Below are positions 10,287 to 19,278 of a stretch of 64,000 nucleotides of DNA, one piece after another. Under the pieces are notes generated by a model. The model saw only the letters and a program-made list of their open reading frames with translations. It was not told where the DNA came from and did not search any database. The translations under genes and the position numbers were made by a program. Source of the DNA: Candidatus Nomurabacteria bacterium GW2011_GWD2_36_14 (GTDB lineage: Bacteria; Patescibacteriota; Minisyncoccia; Phycocordibacterales; UBA9973). The stretch lies in assembly GCA_000991405.1 (NCBI GenBank), contig LBRL01000001.1, forward strand, positions 625,841 through 689,840, written 5' to 3'. Each line of letters starts with the position of its first letter. Position 1 is the stretch's first letter.

Positions 10287-10346
10287 ATTTTTCTACCCAA
10301 GGAATTGCCTTGGGCTCTCTAAAGGCAAAACCTTCGTCCGAAAAAT
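10287..10346. repeat. Palindromic repeat family B, copy 1
   Basis: Ungapped 60 bp match to 18567-18626 (TTGCCTTGGG...CTAAAGGCAA...CCGAAAAAT). Confidence 0.85.
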
Positions 10347-10350
10347 TTTA

Positions 10351-11280
10351 TTAATTAAATAATTTTTGATGCTTGTTGCAAAAGTGAGCACTTCGCCCAT
10401 CTAACACTTTTCTCATTATAACACCATTGCACCCTTTTCTGCCACACCCTTCTTTGTTCTTCCGGTACACATTGTGATGATTCTGAAAGTTACCCCTTTT
10501 GCCATCTATGTCTCGATAGTCTGACATGGAGTCTCCACCGAAGTCTATGCCCTTGTTCAATACTTGTTGCATGGATATGAAGAGCAACTTTAAACTTTTG
10601 TTTGGAATACTTTTGGGCTTGGACTCTGGGTGGATGCTTGAGAGCCAAAGCATTTCATCTGAATAAATGTTGCCAATACCTGCTACAAGAGACTGATCCA
10701 TGAGAACGGTCTTGATATTCTTGCTGGGTTTCAGTAATAACCTTTCTTTAAACTTTTCAAAAGTGAAACTTTTGTCCAGAGGTTCATGACCAATGTCTTT
10801 CAGATGAATGGAATCATGAATAGTATTAGTATCTAGCATTGTTATCTTCCCGAATTTGCGAGAGTCACAAAAGACCATAGACTTACCGTTGGAAAGAGAG
10901 AAGACAGCATGAATGAATCTGTTGTAAGGGTCGTGGAGCGCCTTACGCTCATTCTCATCTGGGAACCACTTACCACTTTTCTTCTCATAATTATAAAGAC
11001 CTACTATTATGTGGCCGGTCATTTTCAAATGAATTAGAATGGTTTGTCCGTTTGATAAATTGATTAGAATATTCTTGGCACGTCTTTCAACGCTTATAAC
11101 TTTCTGATTCTTTATTTGCTTTCTAAATTGAATGAAGAAGGTTTTGTCTTTGATAGTATTCTTGAACTGCTTGATGGGATTGTCCTTACTTAAGTCTGTC
11201 CAGACATCTAAAAATGAAAGATCCTTCAAGGCCTTCTTCAAACCATTTACTGTAGTTGTAACCTCGGGTAATTCGGGCAT
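10351..11280 (-). CDS. mutM: Formamidopyrimidine-DNA glycosylase
   Basis: MPELPEV N-terminus, HLKMTG, GIGNIY, C-terminal zinc finger. Confidence 0.96.
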   Translation of the reverse strand: MPELPEVTTTVNGLKKALKDLSFLDVWTDLSKDNPIKQFKNTIKDKTFFIQFRKQIKNQKVISVERRAKNILINLSNGQTILIHLKMTGHIIVGLYNYEKKSGKWFPDENERKALHDPYNRFIHAVFSLSNGKSMVFCDSRKFGKITMLDTNTIHDSIHLKDIGHEPLDKSFTFEKFKERLLLKPSKNIKTVLMDQSLVAGIGNIYSDEMLWLSSIHPESKPKSIPNKSLKLLFISMQQVLNKGIDFGGDSMSDYRDIDGKRGNFQNHHNVYRKNKEGCGRKGCNGVIMRKVLDGRSAHFCNKHQKLFN

Positions 11281-11387
11281 CCCATTAGAAGTAATTTATA
11301 ATTATTTTTTGAAATAAATATAGTTACTATGTTAATTTATAAAATTTATTATTTTTTGCGTACCTCTACTTCTAACGGGACAAGTTT

Positions 11388-11966
11388 TTATCTGATACTT
11401 AGGATGCGGAGGGCTTCCTTGATACGAGAGTTGGTACTGTCAAAAGTAGGGGAGACTTGCTTCAGAGCATCACGAGCTTCGTTCTGAGAGTAGCCGAGAG
11501 ACTTGAGAGCTTCGAGGATATCGCCTTCTTCTCGAAGAGCGCTGGGAGTGTCGGCACTTTCTTTGTAATTCACTAGCTTGTCGCGAAGCTCTAGGATAAT
11601 CTTCTCGGCAGTCTTCTTGCCAATACCAGAGACTTTGTTCAAGTAGCTGACATCTCCTGTAGCTATTGCCCGCTTGATGGTTTCAATAGGAGCGAGGGCG
11701 ATAATACCAAGAGCTGAACGTGGTCCAATACCTGAGACGTCTAAAAGAAGTTCAAAGAAAGATAATTCATCCACACTTTTGAATCCAAATAGATCAATAG
11801 AATTCTCTCGGACGGCTGTATATATGAATAACGAGGTATCCACTCCCTCTTTGCATGTCAGAATAGTGTCTGGAGTAAGAGATACTTTATAACCAACATT
11901 ACCAGTATTGAGAATGATGAATTTGTCGGTGGAATATATAACTTTGCCTTCTAAATAAGCGATCAT
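11388..11966 (-). CDS. ruvA: Holliday junction branch migration protein RuvA
   Basis: MIAYLEGK start, VSGIGPRSA, GIGKKTAEKIILEL, ALKSLGY. Confidence 0.95.
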   Translation of the reverse strand: MIAYLEGKVIYSTDKFIILNTGNVGYKVSLTPDTILTCKEGVDTSLFIYTAVRENSIDLFGFKSVDELSFFELLLDVSGIGPRSALGIIALAPIETIKRAIATGDVSYLNKVSGIGKKTAEKIILELRDKLVNYKESADTPSALREEGDILEALKSLGYSQNEARDALKQVSPTFDSTNSRIKEALRILSIR

Positions 11967-12127
11967 ATACAAATAATAGCAAATATTGCTCTTTTCGGCT
12001 ATTTCTGGTATTGTTACTATATTCAATTTATCCCCCGGATGGGGATTCCTCTATGGAGGCTGGTGTCTCAGCTTAATTTGAATCAAAATTCTTAATTCGT
12101 AATTATTAATTCTTAATTATTTTATAT

Positions 12128-12382
12128 ATGCCAATTACAAAATCAGCAAAGAAAGCATTAAGAGGTTCTCTAGTTAAAAAAGCTGCCAATGATCGCAGTA
12201 AGAAAGCTATCAAGGAAGCCGTAAAGAGTATAGAGAAGCTTTTGAAGGAAAAGAAAAAAGATGAAGCAAAGAAACTTCTACCAAGTGCTTACTCTGTTAT
12301 AGACAAAGCCTCAAAGAAAGGAGTTCTAAAGAAGAATACTGCATCTCGCAAAAAAGCTCAGCTTTCAAGGATCACAAAATAA
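12128..12382 (+). CDS. rpsT: 30S ribosomal protein S20
   Basis: MPITKSAKKALR, IDKASKKGVLKKNTASRKK. Confidence 0.96.
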   Translation: MPITKSAKKALRGSLVKKAANDRSKKAIKEAVKSIEKLLKEKKKDEAKKLLPSAYSVIDKASKKGVLKKNTASRKKAQLSRITK

Positions 12383-12386
12383 ATAC

Positions 12387-12421
12387 AAAATCAGCCACAA
12401 GTCGGACTTGTGGCTGATTTT
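12387..12421. terminator. Bidirectional terminator containing a REP-like core CCACAAGTCGGACTTGTGG
   Basis: 16 bp stem, 3 nt loop, A/T tails, between convergent genes. Confidence 0.75.
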
Positions 12422-12439
12422 AATTTGTATTATCTGAAT

Positions 12440-12775
12440 TTATTGTTGTGCAGGTGTTGCTGGAGTCTTGGTAACATCTACTGTGACTGTACCTGTTGCA
12501 TTCTGAGCAGGAGCGACTTGGTCGTAGTATCTATTGTCCCATCCCCAGTTCATCATACCACCTCTATAGAAACGACCACCATCTCGATAGTCTCCGTTGA
12601 ATTCTCCCCATCGTGCACCTAAACAAAAAGCGATAATGATAACAGCGATGATAACTATCCACTTTACTGCATGGCATCTCTTCCAGTTACTGCAACAATG
12701 AGACATACCATGATGACAACAAACCATACCTTCTTTACCTTCACAACAACCTACTTTCTTTTCTTCATTTTCCAT
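12440..12775 (-). CDS. Hypothetical membrane protein with Cys/His-rich N-terminus
   Basis: CC..CCHH..HCC cluster followed by one TM helix. Confidence 0.7.
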   Translation of the reverse strand: MENEEKKVGCCEGKEGMVCCHHGMSHCCSNWKRCHAVKWIVIIAVIIIAFCLGARWGEFNGDYRDGGRFYRGGMMNWGWDNRYYDQVAPAQNATGTVTVDVTKTPATPAQQ

Positions 12776-12896
12776 AATTTAAAAAAATAATTTATTTATA
12801 ATATAACCGACTCTGAGGGTATTATACTCCGTAGTTAAATTTATACAAAACTAAGCTTGTATTTATAGTGATAATGGTGTAAATTGGTAACGTATT

Positions 12897-12968
12897 GGTC
12901 CCGTCGTTCAATGGATAGGACGTAACTTTGCGGAAGTTATGATGCAGGTTCGATTCCTGCCGGGACCA
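12897..12968 (+). tRNA. tRNA-Arg(GCG)
   Basis: GGTCCCG/CGGGACC acceptor; stem TAACT/AGTTA; loop TTGCGGA. Confidence 0.92.
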
Positions 12969-13008
12969 CAATAATAAAAGCCAGATTTATCTGGCTTTTA
13001 TTATTGTT
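12968..13008. terminator. Bidirectional terminator after tRNA-Arg
   Basis: ACAATAATAAAAGCCAGAT / ATCTGGCTTTTATTATTGT inverted repeat. Confidence 0.8.
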
Positions 13009-13009
13009 T

Positions 13010-13480
13010 CTAAAATCCAATCTTCTCCATGAACTTCATGGATTTATTTTCTTCAAGCTCTATGTTGGGAATTACTTTTAGGAGAGATTCTTTTACGGAT
13101 TGAACTTGATCTAAAGGTAGGGGAATAGTGTAAATAGGGAGTAAGTACTTGTTGAGCTCTATTAGAAGGAGGGCGTAATCATCTTCCTTCTTGATATGGA
13201 AACCTTTCACATTTTTCCATACATATTTTTCTTTGCCTAAAGTGATACCATTTGTATCTATGACGAAGTGGACTTCTTGTGGATGGCGGACAGAGAAGAG
13301 AATAAGTGAGGCACCTCCGACAAGGATAAATACAGCAAACAAATAATTGGCAAGCCAGAGGGCAATACCACATATTACTATAGTGCCAAGTCCGATAGCC
13401 CAAAGAAAGTCTATACTTTTCTCTTTGTGATTATACTCAGGTGCTGACCACTCTATTTTGTCTATAATTATTTCTTCCAT
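13010..13480 (-). CDS. Hypothetical membrane protein (two TM helices + PH-like domain)
   Basis: IEWSAPEY N-terminus, two TM helices, beta-rich C-terminus. Confidence 0.7.
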   Translation of the reverse strand: MEEIIIDKIEWSAPEYNHKEKSIDFLWAIGLGTIVICGIALWLANYLFAVFILVGGASLILFSVRHPQEVHFVIDTNGITLGKEKYVWKNVKGFHIKKEDDYALLLIELNKYLLPIYTIPLPLDQVQSVKESLLKVIPNIELEENKSMKFMEKIGF

Positions 13481-13572
13481 GATTTCATTATACCCTGTAG
13501 TGAAGTTTTTCTCAAACTCTACTACGGGGTTATACTACTTTCCAGCCTTTTCGGCTGCCGCCCTCGAGGCGA

Positions 13573-14727
13573 CTATCTTTTTGATAAAGAAACTACTGCT
13601 TTATACACAGCCTTGCCCGCATTCTTGTCAAACATGCTTGGAATTATGTTTTCCCTCGTTGGTTTCCTGACAGCATTGGCTAAAGCAATAGCAATCTTCA
13701 CAAATATCTTATTTTCAAATTGAGGAATTTTTTTATCTAGCATTGCCTTGAAAGCATTAGGGAATACAAGTGAATTGTTGATCTGATTTGGATAGTCTGA
13801 TCGGCCGGTGGCTACTATGAAAGCACCAGCTTTGTGGGCCTCTTCGGGCATGATCTCCGGGGTAGGGTTGGCAAGAGTGAAGATTATAGGCTTACTTGCC
13901 ATACTCTCTATCATTTCTCTCGTAAGAGTCTTAGGCTCTGAAAGACCTATGAATACATCTACATCTATAAGAGCGTCGGCTAGAGTGCCAGACCTCTCTT
14001 TGATAGTACTTCCTTTTAGTAATTCCTCCTTCTCTTTATTTAAATCTGTTCGTTTCCTATTGATGATACCTTTGCTATCACAGAAGATTGTATTGGTAAT
14101 ACCATAAGTGTGTAGAAGTCTACCAGTTGCAACGCCTGCCGACCCAACTCCAGCAATAACGACTTTCGCATTTTCTTTTTTAATTTTTACTAATTTAAGA
14201 GCATTGATAAGAGCAGAGAGAGTGACAGTAGCGGCACCCCACTGGTCGTCGTGCATGACGGGGATGTTTAATTCTTTCCTCATCCTCTCCTCAATTTCGA
14301 AACATCGTGGAGCGGAAATATCTTCTAGGTTGATTCCTCCAAAGACTGGAGCAATCTGCTTCACAGCTTTGATAATTTCTTCTGTGTCTTGTGTATCTAG
14401 ACAAATAGGGAAGGCATCTACTCCTCCGAAATTTTTAAAAATAGCAGCTTTGCCTTCCATGACAGGAATTGCAGATAGAGGACCTAGATTACCAAGTCCA
14501 AGTATGGCTGAACCGTCGGTAACTATAGCCACGGTATTCTTCTTCAAGGTATAGATTCTTGCAAGCTTTGGATTCTCTGCAATAGCAAGGCTGACACCAG
14601 CAACGCCGGGGGTATAGGCAAGTGAAAGATCCTTTTTATTCTTCAGCGAAACTTTACTTACTATTTCTATCTTTCCACCATGTTTTTTGTGTAATTTTAT
14701 GGATTCTTTGTATGTTTTGTTGATCAT
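13573..14727 (-). CDS. NAD(P)-dependent malic enzyme
   Basis: LAYTPGVA, VTDGSAILGLG, VMEGKA, NLEDI, HDDQWG, ATGRSDYPNQINN. Confidence 0.95.
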   Translation of the reverse strand: MINKTYKESIKLHKKHGGKIEIVSKVSLKNKKDLSLAYTPGVAGVSLAIAENPKLARIYTLKKNTVAIVTDGSAILGLGNLGPLSAIPVMEGKAAIFKNFGGVDAFPICLDTQDTEEIIKAVKQIAPVFGGINLEDISAPRCFEIEERMRKELNIPVMHDDQWGAATVTLSALINALKLVKIKKENAKVVIAGVGSAGVATGRLLHTYGITNTIFCDSKGIINRKRTDLNKEKEELLKGSTIKERSGTLADALIDVDVFIGLSEPKTLTREMIESMASKPIIFTLANPTPEIMPEEAHKAGAFIVATGRSDYPNQINNSLVFPNAFKAMLDKKIPQFENKIFVKIAIALANAVRKPTRENIIPSMFDKNAGKAVYKAVVSLSKR

Positions 14728-14791
14728 AGGTGTATTATAACAAATTTATATACTGTTCGCTTTTTTAAGATTTATGCATTATAATTTATCT

Positions 14792-15193
14792 ATGGACTGC
14801 ATATTTTGTAAAATAGTAAATAAAGAGATACCTTGTTATAAAGTTTGGGAAAATGAAAATTTCCTTGTATTTTTAGACATTATACCTATCAATGCAGGAC
14901 ATATACTGATAATTCCTAAAAAACACAATGAGGAAGTTTTTAAATTAGAAGATGATTTGTATAATGAAATATTCCAAATCGCCAAGAAATTATCTGAACA
15001 TCTTAGAAAAGCGACTGAAGCTAAAAAAATTGGGATGCTGATAATAGGTTTTGATATTAATCATGCCCATCTTCACCTAGTTCCTCTCAATAAAGGTAAA
15101 GAGCTTAATCCAGAAAGAGCAAAGAAAGCATCGACAGATGAATTGAAACAAATGCAAATAAAATTAGTGGAGGCTTTTAAGGATATTTATTGA
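14792..15193 (+). CDS. HIT family protein
   Basis: MDCIFCKI, GHILIIPK, HAHLHLVP. Confidence 0.93.
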   Translation: MDCIFCKIVNKEIPCYKVWENENFLVFLDIIPINAGHILIIPKKHNEEVFKLEDDLYNEIFQIAKKLSEHLRKATEAKKIGMLIIGFDINHAHLHLVPLNKGKELNPERAKKASTDELKQMQIKLVEAFKDIY

Positions 15194-15213
15194 ATTAGAG
15201 AGAATCATTTTTG

Positions 15214-15933
15214 CTAGTGTTTAGTAATTCTGTTGAAAAATTTTCTCATAGCATTACCATTTTTATGATTAACCCTATTTCTCAGCATTGATTTGATTAT
15301 TGATGTTTCTTTGGAATAAGCTGTGACGTAGGTATTGTTTGTAATTTCTAAATTACCTTTTTTATTCATAAATAAAGCTAGCCAATAATCTTCCGCTATT
15401 CTACCCATTGGAAATTTTAATTCCTTAGCAGGATTTATACTTTTTTCAAAAACATCTAATACAAAACTTTTATCTTTATTCCAAAAGGCAAAACTTGCAC
15501 CCCAGAGCCACCTTGTAGCTCTTGGGCCATTAGAAACGCAAAAATATTTGTTAAAAGTATTTGATAAAGTATCAAATATTGTCCCATTTATTTCTATATA
15601 TGAGCCAACTAAAATATTATTATTTTTTTCTAACGTTTTAGTCATAATTTCTATCCAATTATTCTCTGCAACAGAGTCTCCATCGATACACAATATTATG
15701 TCCTTTGTTGTATTTCTGATGCCTTCTATTCTGGCGTAGACTGGGCCACTCTCTCCATTGAGTCTGATTATCTTGATAGGGTAGGGTTGTGCTATTTCGA
15801 AAGTTTTATCTGTAGAATTATGGACTACTAGAATAACCTCGTCTGGTTTTTGTGTCTGATTTAAAACAGATTCGATACATTTTGCGATATATTTTTCTTC
15901 ATTATGAGAAATGATTACAACAGATGTTTGCAT
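15214..15933 (-). CDS. Glycosyltransferase family 2
   Basis: SVVIISHNEEKYI, STDKT, DGD motif. Confidence 0.88.
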   Translation of the reverse strand: MQTSVVIISHNEEKYIAKCIESVLNQTQKPDEVILVVHNSTDKTFEIAQPYPIKIIRLNGESGPVYARIEGIRNTTKDIILCIDGDSVAENNWIEIMTKTLEKNNNILVGSYIEINGTIFDTLSNTFNKYFCVSNGPRATRWLWGASFAFWNKDKSFVLDVFEKSINPAKELKFPMGRIAEDYWLALFMNKKGNLEITNNTYVTAYSKETSIIKSMLRNRVNHKNGNAMRKFFNRITKH

Positions 15934-15994
15934 TGGTATATTTTAACATAAATAAGGTGAGAACATGAGTATATGTTTCGAACCTTACATTAAT

Positions 15995-16169
15995 GCGGTG
16001 AGACCGTGATTACACTTTTCGAATCTTACAGATTCTGTACACCTTTCGCGTAATTTTAAATATTAATTTAAAATTACAAGCTCAAGGTTTTCTCATCTCA
16101 CACATGAGCAAAGCAGTTTGCTCACTCGCCCGCAAAAAGAAAAACCCTATTTGGGTTTTCTTTTTTTTG
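15995..16169 (-). ncRNA. tRNA-trailer structured element (Ser copy); function unknown
   Basis: 16021-16052 is the exact reverse complement of 23714-23745; flanks copy the tRNA-Ser 3' end. Confidence 0.7.
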
Positions 16170-16256
16170 CGGAAGCGGTGAGATTCGAACTCACGAGGAG
16201 CTTTCACCCCTAACAGTTTTCAAGACTGTCTCGTTAGACCACTCCGACACGCTTCC
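16170..16256 (-). tRNA. tRNA-Ser(TGA)
   Basis: GGAAGCG/CGCTTCC acceptor, loop CTTGAAA, long variable arm. Confidence 0.95.
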
Positions 16257-16266
16257 GAGTATTACA

Positions 16267-16764
16267 CTACCTTATTTTCATTTTTTTTTCAAGTATTGTT
16301 TTCATCCAACTTTTTTCTAAAAGATGCTCTTCGTAATGGCAATTTGGACAAATTATTTCCAAGTTTTCAGTGCTATTATCTGACCTCTTTCTGTTTTTAT
16401 GATGAACTTGTAATATTTCATATTTATTGTAACCACAGCGTTCACAATTTTTTCCTCTTTCTTCTAATAATCTTAATTTTAGAATTCTCAATGTTCTCGC
16501 TTTATCTTTAGGTCTTCCGATTTTATATTTTATTCCCGTTCTATATTTATTTGAACAACTTCTGCTACAAGTTTTTTTATTTAAACCAGCCAAAATTAAT
16601 TTACCACAAACAACACAAGGACTTTCTTTTCTACAAGAGAGTCCATAACAATTCATACTACAAAAGACCTTTCCTTTGCTCTTATCTATTTCAAAAGGTC
16701 TTCTATAAATAGGGGATTTGCAGATTGTACATTTGGTATTAGGATTTCTTTTATACTCAGCCAC
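16267..16764 (-). CDS. HNH endonuclease with N-terminal Cys zinc-binding motifs
   Basis: CERCG...QVHH...DNSTENLEIICPNCHYEEH; FCSMNC and TCSRSC motifs; probable GTG start at 16764. Confidence 0.88.
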   Translation of the reverse strand: MAEYKRNPNTKCTICKSPIYRRPFEIDKSKGKVFCSMNCYGLSCRKESPCVVCGKLILAGLNKKTCSRSCSNKYRTGIKYKIGRPKDKARTLRILKLRLLEERGKNCERCGYNKYEILQVHHKNRKRSDNSTENLEIICPNCHYEEHLLEKSWMKTILEKKMKIR

Positions 16765-16784
16765 TAATCCAGTATACCACAATA

Positions 16785-16822
16785 AATTCTAAAAACAGAC
16801 CACTTGGTCTGTTTTTAGAATT
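16785..16822. terminator. Intrinsic terminator hairpin
   Basis: TTCTAAAAACAGACCA / TGGTCTGTTTTTAGAA inverted repeat. Confidence 0.7.
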
Positions 16823-17048
16823 ATATCTTAGTCTTAAATACTCTGAAGAAATCTTTGGGTGTTCTTTTGGCGATGTAGAAGATATAGAATATATCTAGTA
16901 TTGCAAAAGTGTTTAATACCAAGAGAGCTATGAACCAACGTTTGTGTCCATTGTGTGATGCTGTCCACAAAGAATAGCCTTTCCATGGCAATACCCATAA
17001 AACTGCTAATACTATTAACTTGGGATCCATTTGTAAGAATTGTTCCAT
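16821..17048 (-). CDS. Small membrane protein (DUF5652-like)
   Basis: WVLPWKGYSLW...WFIALLVLNTFAIL. Confidence 0.8.
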   Translation of the reverse strand: MEQFLQMDPKLIVLAVLWVLPWKGYSLWTASHNGHKRWFIALLVLNTFAILDIFYIFYIAKRTPKDFFRVFKTKI

Positions 17049-17101
17049 GAGTATATTTTATCAAGAATACCATTTTACTGCAATTGTGGTAATCTATATG
17101 T

Positions 17102-17524
17102 ATGAGACATTTAGGTATTGATTATGGTTCAAAGAGGGTTGGAGTAGCTATCTCTGACGATGAGGGGAATATTGCCTTCCCTTATAAAATTGTCCCAAAC
17201 AATATGGAACTTCTGGATACTATCCACAATATTTGTGGGACCGAGGAAGTTGGGGCTATTGTACTAGGAGAGTCACATGATTTGAGTGGCAAGCCCAACA
17301 AGATAATGGGAAGTATAGAAGAATTTAAGAGAAATATTGAAGCTGAGCTCGAACTACCAGTTTACTTCCAGAAAGAATTCATGACGACAGTAGAGGCAAG
17401 AGGAAGGGGAGGTAAGGAAATAAATAATGCAAAGAAAGTAGGTATGGGTAAACAAGTCGGAGCTGATGCCTCTGCCGCAGCACTAATACTGCAGAGGTAT
17501 TTAGACAAGAAGAACCAGAAATAA
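17102..17524 (+). CDS. yqgF: YqgF/RuvX pre-16S rRNA nuclease
   Basis: LGIDYGSKRVGVAISD, EFMTT, DASAAALILQRYL. Confidence 0.93.
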   Translation: MRHLGIDYGSKRVGVAISDDEGNIAFPYKIVPNNMELLDTIHNICGTEEVGAIVLGESHDLSGKPNKIMGSIEEFKRNIEAELELPVYFQKEFMTTVEARGRGGKEINNAKKVGMGKQVGADASAAALILQRYLDKKNQK

Positions 17525-17614
17525 TTAATAAAATTCACATGCAACACTTAGTAACGGCCGTTTGTATCTGTTACAAATAAAAACAACATCTTTCCTTTTG
17601 AGATTGATGCTGTT

Positions 17615-18118
17615 TCAGAAGATATTCTTCAAAAATCCCCATAATGAGAATCCAGTTAATACGATAATATTCCAATAAATACTTTTTACAATTATATTTA
17701 GTAAAAAATAATAAATTACATTTTTTCCACTAAATCCATTGTACATATGGAATCCATCTCTCATGTAAAGGACACCTAATCCTGGGTTTTTAAAAGAAAG
17801 TAAAAAAATCAATTTCTTCCTATTGTTTTCTGATTTCTTTACTATAAACTTTATAAGCTTATTCCACTCCTCAATCTTATGGTGATTGAATTGAGCTTCT
17901 TTTAGAGATTCCATCATTATGCAGTCAGTTTTATATTTATCATATAATCTTACTGTTATAACGCCTTTGATAATATAAATTGCAGTAATTATTATAATAC
18001 TTTTTATGAATCCCAATTCAAATATTATAATAGGGGTCAAAATATCATCTATAGATTCCTTAATACTTAAATTAATAAGGAAAATAGAGCTAAATCTAAG
18101 GACTTTTCTTTTTTCCAT
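17615..18118 (-). CDS. Hypothetical membrane protein
   Basis: Very AT-rich ORF with hydrophobic segments. Confidence 0.55.
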   Translation of the reverse strand: MEKRKVLRFSSIFLINLSIKESIDDILTPIIIFELGFIKSIIIITAIYIIKGVITVRLYDKYKTDCIMMESLKEAQFNHHKIEEWNKLIKFIVKKSENNRKKLIFLLSFKNPGLGVLYMRDGFHMYNGFSGKNVIYYFLLNIIVKSIYWNIIVLTGFSLWGFLKNIF

Positions 18119-18202
18119 TATTAAGGTTTTAGAGTTTCGGTTTTAGTCTAGCACAAATAGAATATTTTGCATCAACAGGTTTTTGAAGTATAGTGTATAT
18201 AT

Positions 18203-18556
18203 ATGGAATATGTATCATACGAAGAATTTAAGAAAATGGATATAAGATTAGGGACTATACGCGAAGTAGAGCCTGTGCCAGAGACGGACAAGCTTTTGAA
18301 ATGCCTTATTGATTTTAATGAACAAGATGAAGAGGGGAATAAGAAGTTAAGGCAGATTATTTCTGGAATTCATGAATTTTACCCTGAGTATGAAAAATTA
18401 ATTGGTAAGCAAGTACTGTATATAGTGAACTTAGAGCCAAGAAAGATAAAAGGATTTGAGAGTAATGGAATGCTAATGGCTGTGGATGGGCTCGATGGCA
18501 AGCCAGTGTTCCTAGTGCCAGAAGTACCTGTGGGAGTAGGAAGTAAGGTTCGATAA
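18203..18556 (+). CDS. Stand-alone tRNA-binding OB domain (MetRS C-terminal/CsaA-like)
   Basis: DIRLGTI, DKLL, RQIISGI, NLEPRKIKGFESNGMLM. Confidence 0.9.
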   Translation: MEYVSYEEFKKMDIRLGTIREVEPVPETDKLLKCLIDFNEQDEEGNKKLRQIISGIHEFYPEYEKLIGKQVLYIVNLEPRKIKGFESNGMLMAVDGLDGKPVFLVPEVPVGVGSKVR

Positions 18557-18566
18557 TTATTAGAAT

Positions 18567-18626
18567 ATTTTTCTCCTTAAGGCCTTGCCTTGGGAGCACT
18601 AAAGGCAAGGCCTTTCCCCGAAAAAT
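18567..18626. repeat. Palindromic repeat family B, copy 2
   Basis: Matches 10287-10346; AGGCCTTGCCTT/AAGGCAAGGCCT stem. Confidence 0.85.
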
Positions 18627-19223
18627 ATGCTTGATCCAATATTTTTAATAGAGACGGTAGGACTTATAGGAATTGTATTTATAATCTTTGCTGAGACGGG
18701 GCTCTTCTTTGGATTCTTTTTCCCCGGAGATTCCCTGCTGTTTACTGCGGGACTTCTAGCATCTCAAGGAATTTTCGATATTTACTCTCTTATAATCCTT
18801 TGCATACTTGGAGCGATACTAGGGGATAGTGTAGGATACTGGTCAGGAAAAAAGTATGGAAGAAAGCTCTTTGAGCGAGATGCGGGCTTCTTCTTCAAAA
18901 AGAAAAGAATATATGACGCAGAAGAATTCTATAAGAAGCATGGAAAGTATACAATTATCATTGCACGCTTCGTACCTATCATTCGTACTTTTGCTCCTAT
19001 TGTGGCAGGCATTGGGAAAATGCATTACTCTACTTTCATATCTTACAATATTATCGGCGGAATATTCTGGGTACTGTCTATAACCCTCTTGGGATATATT
19101 TTCGGTGGGATGATTACGAATCCGGATACATACATAATACCTATTGCCCTCCTCATAATCTTCATTTCTGTCATACCAATAATAATAAAAATTATTAAAA
19201 ATAAACTTGCAACTAAGAAATAA
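18627..19223 (+). CDS. DedA family protein
   Basis: FAETGLFFGFFFPGDSLLF, ARFVPIIRTFAP. Confidence 0.93.
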   Translation: MLDPIFLIETVGLIGIVFIIFAETGLFFGFFFPGDSLLFTAGLLASQGIFDIYSLIILCILGAILGDSVGYWSGKKYGRKLFERDAGFFFKKKRIYDAEEFYKKHGKYTIIIARFVPIIRTFAPIVAGIGKMHYSTFISYNIIGGIFWVLSITLLGYIFGGMITNPDTYIIPIALLIIFISVIPIIIKIIKNKLATKK

Positions 19224-19278
19224 TTTTTTCTCATAAACTGTTTACTACATGAGAAATCGGGAGTATACTAGTAAAATA

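Noticed and set aside
13808-14554. Antisense ORFs over the malic enzyme, and similar ones over pilM, nrdJ, pilB and pgk
   Set aside because: Shadow ORFs opposite well-supported genes, with no recognisable motifs.
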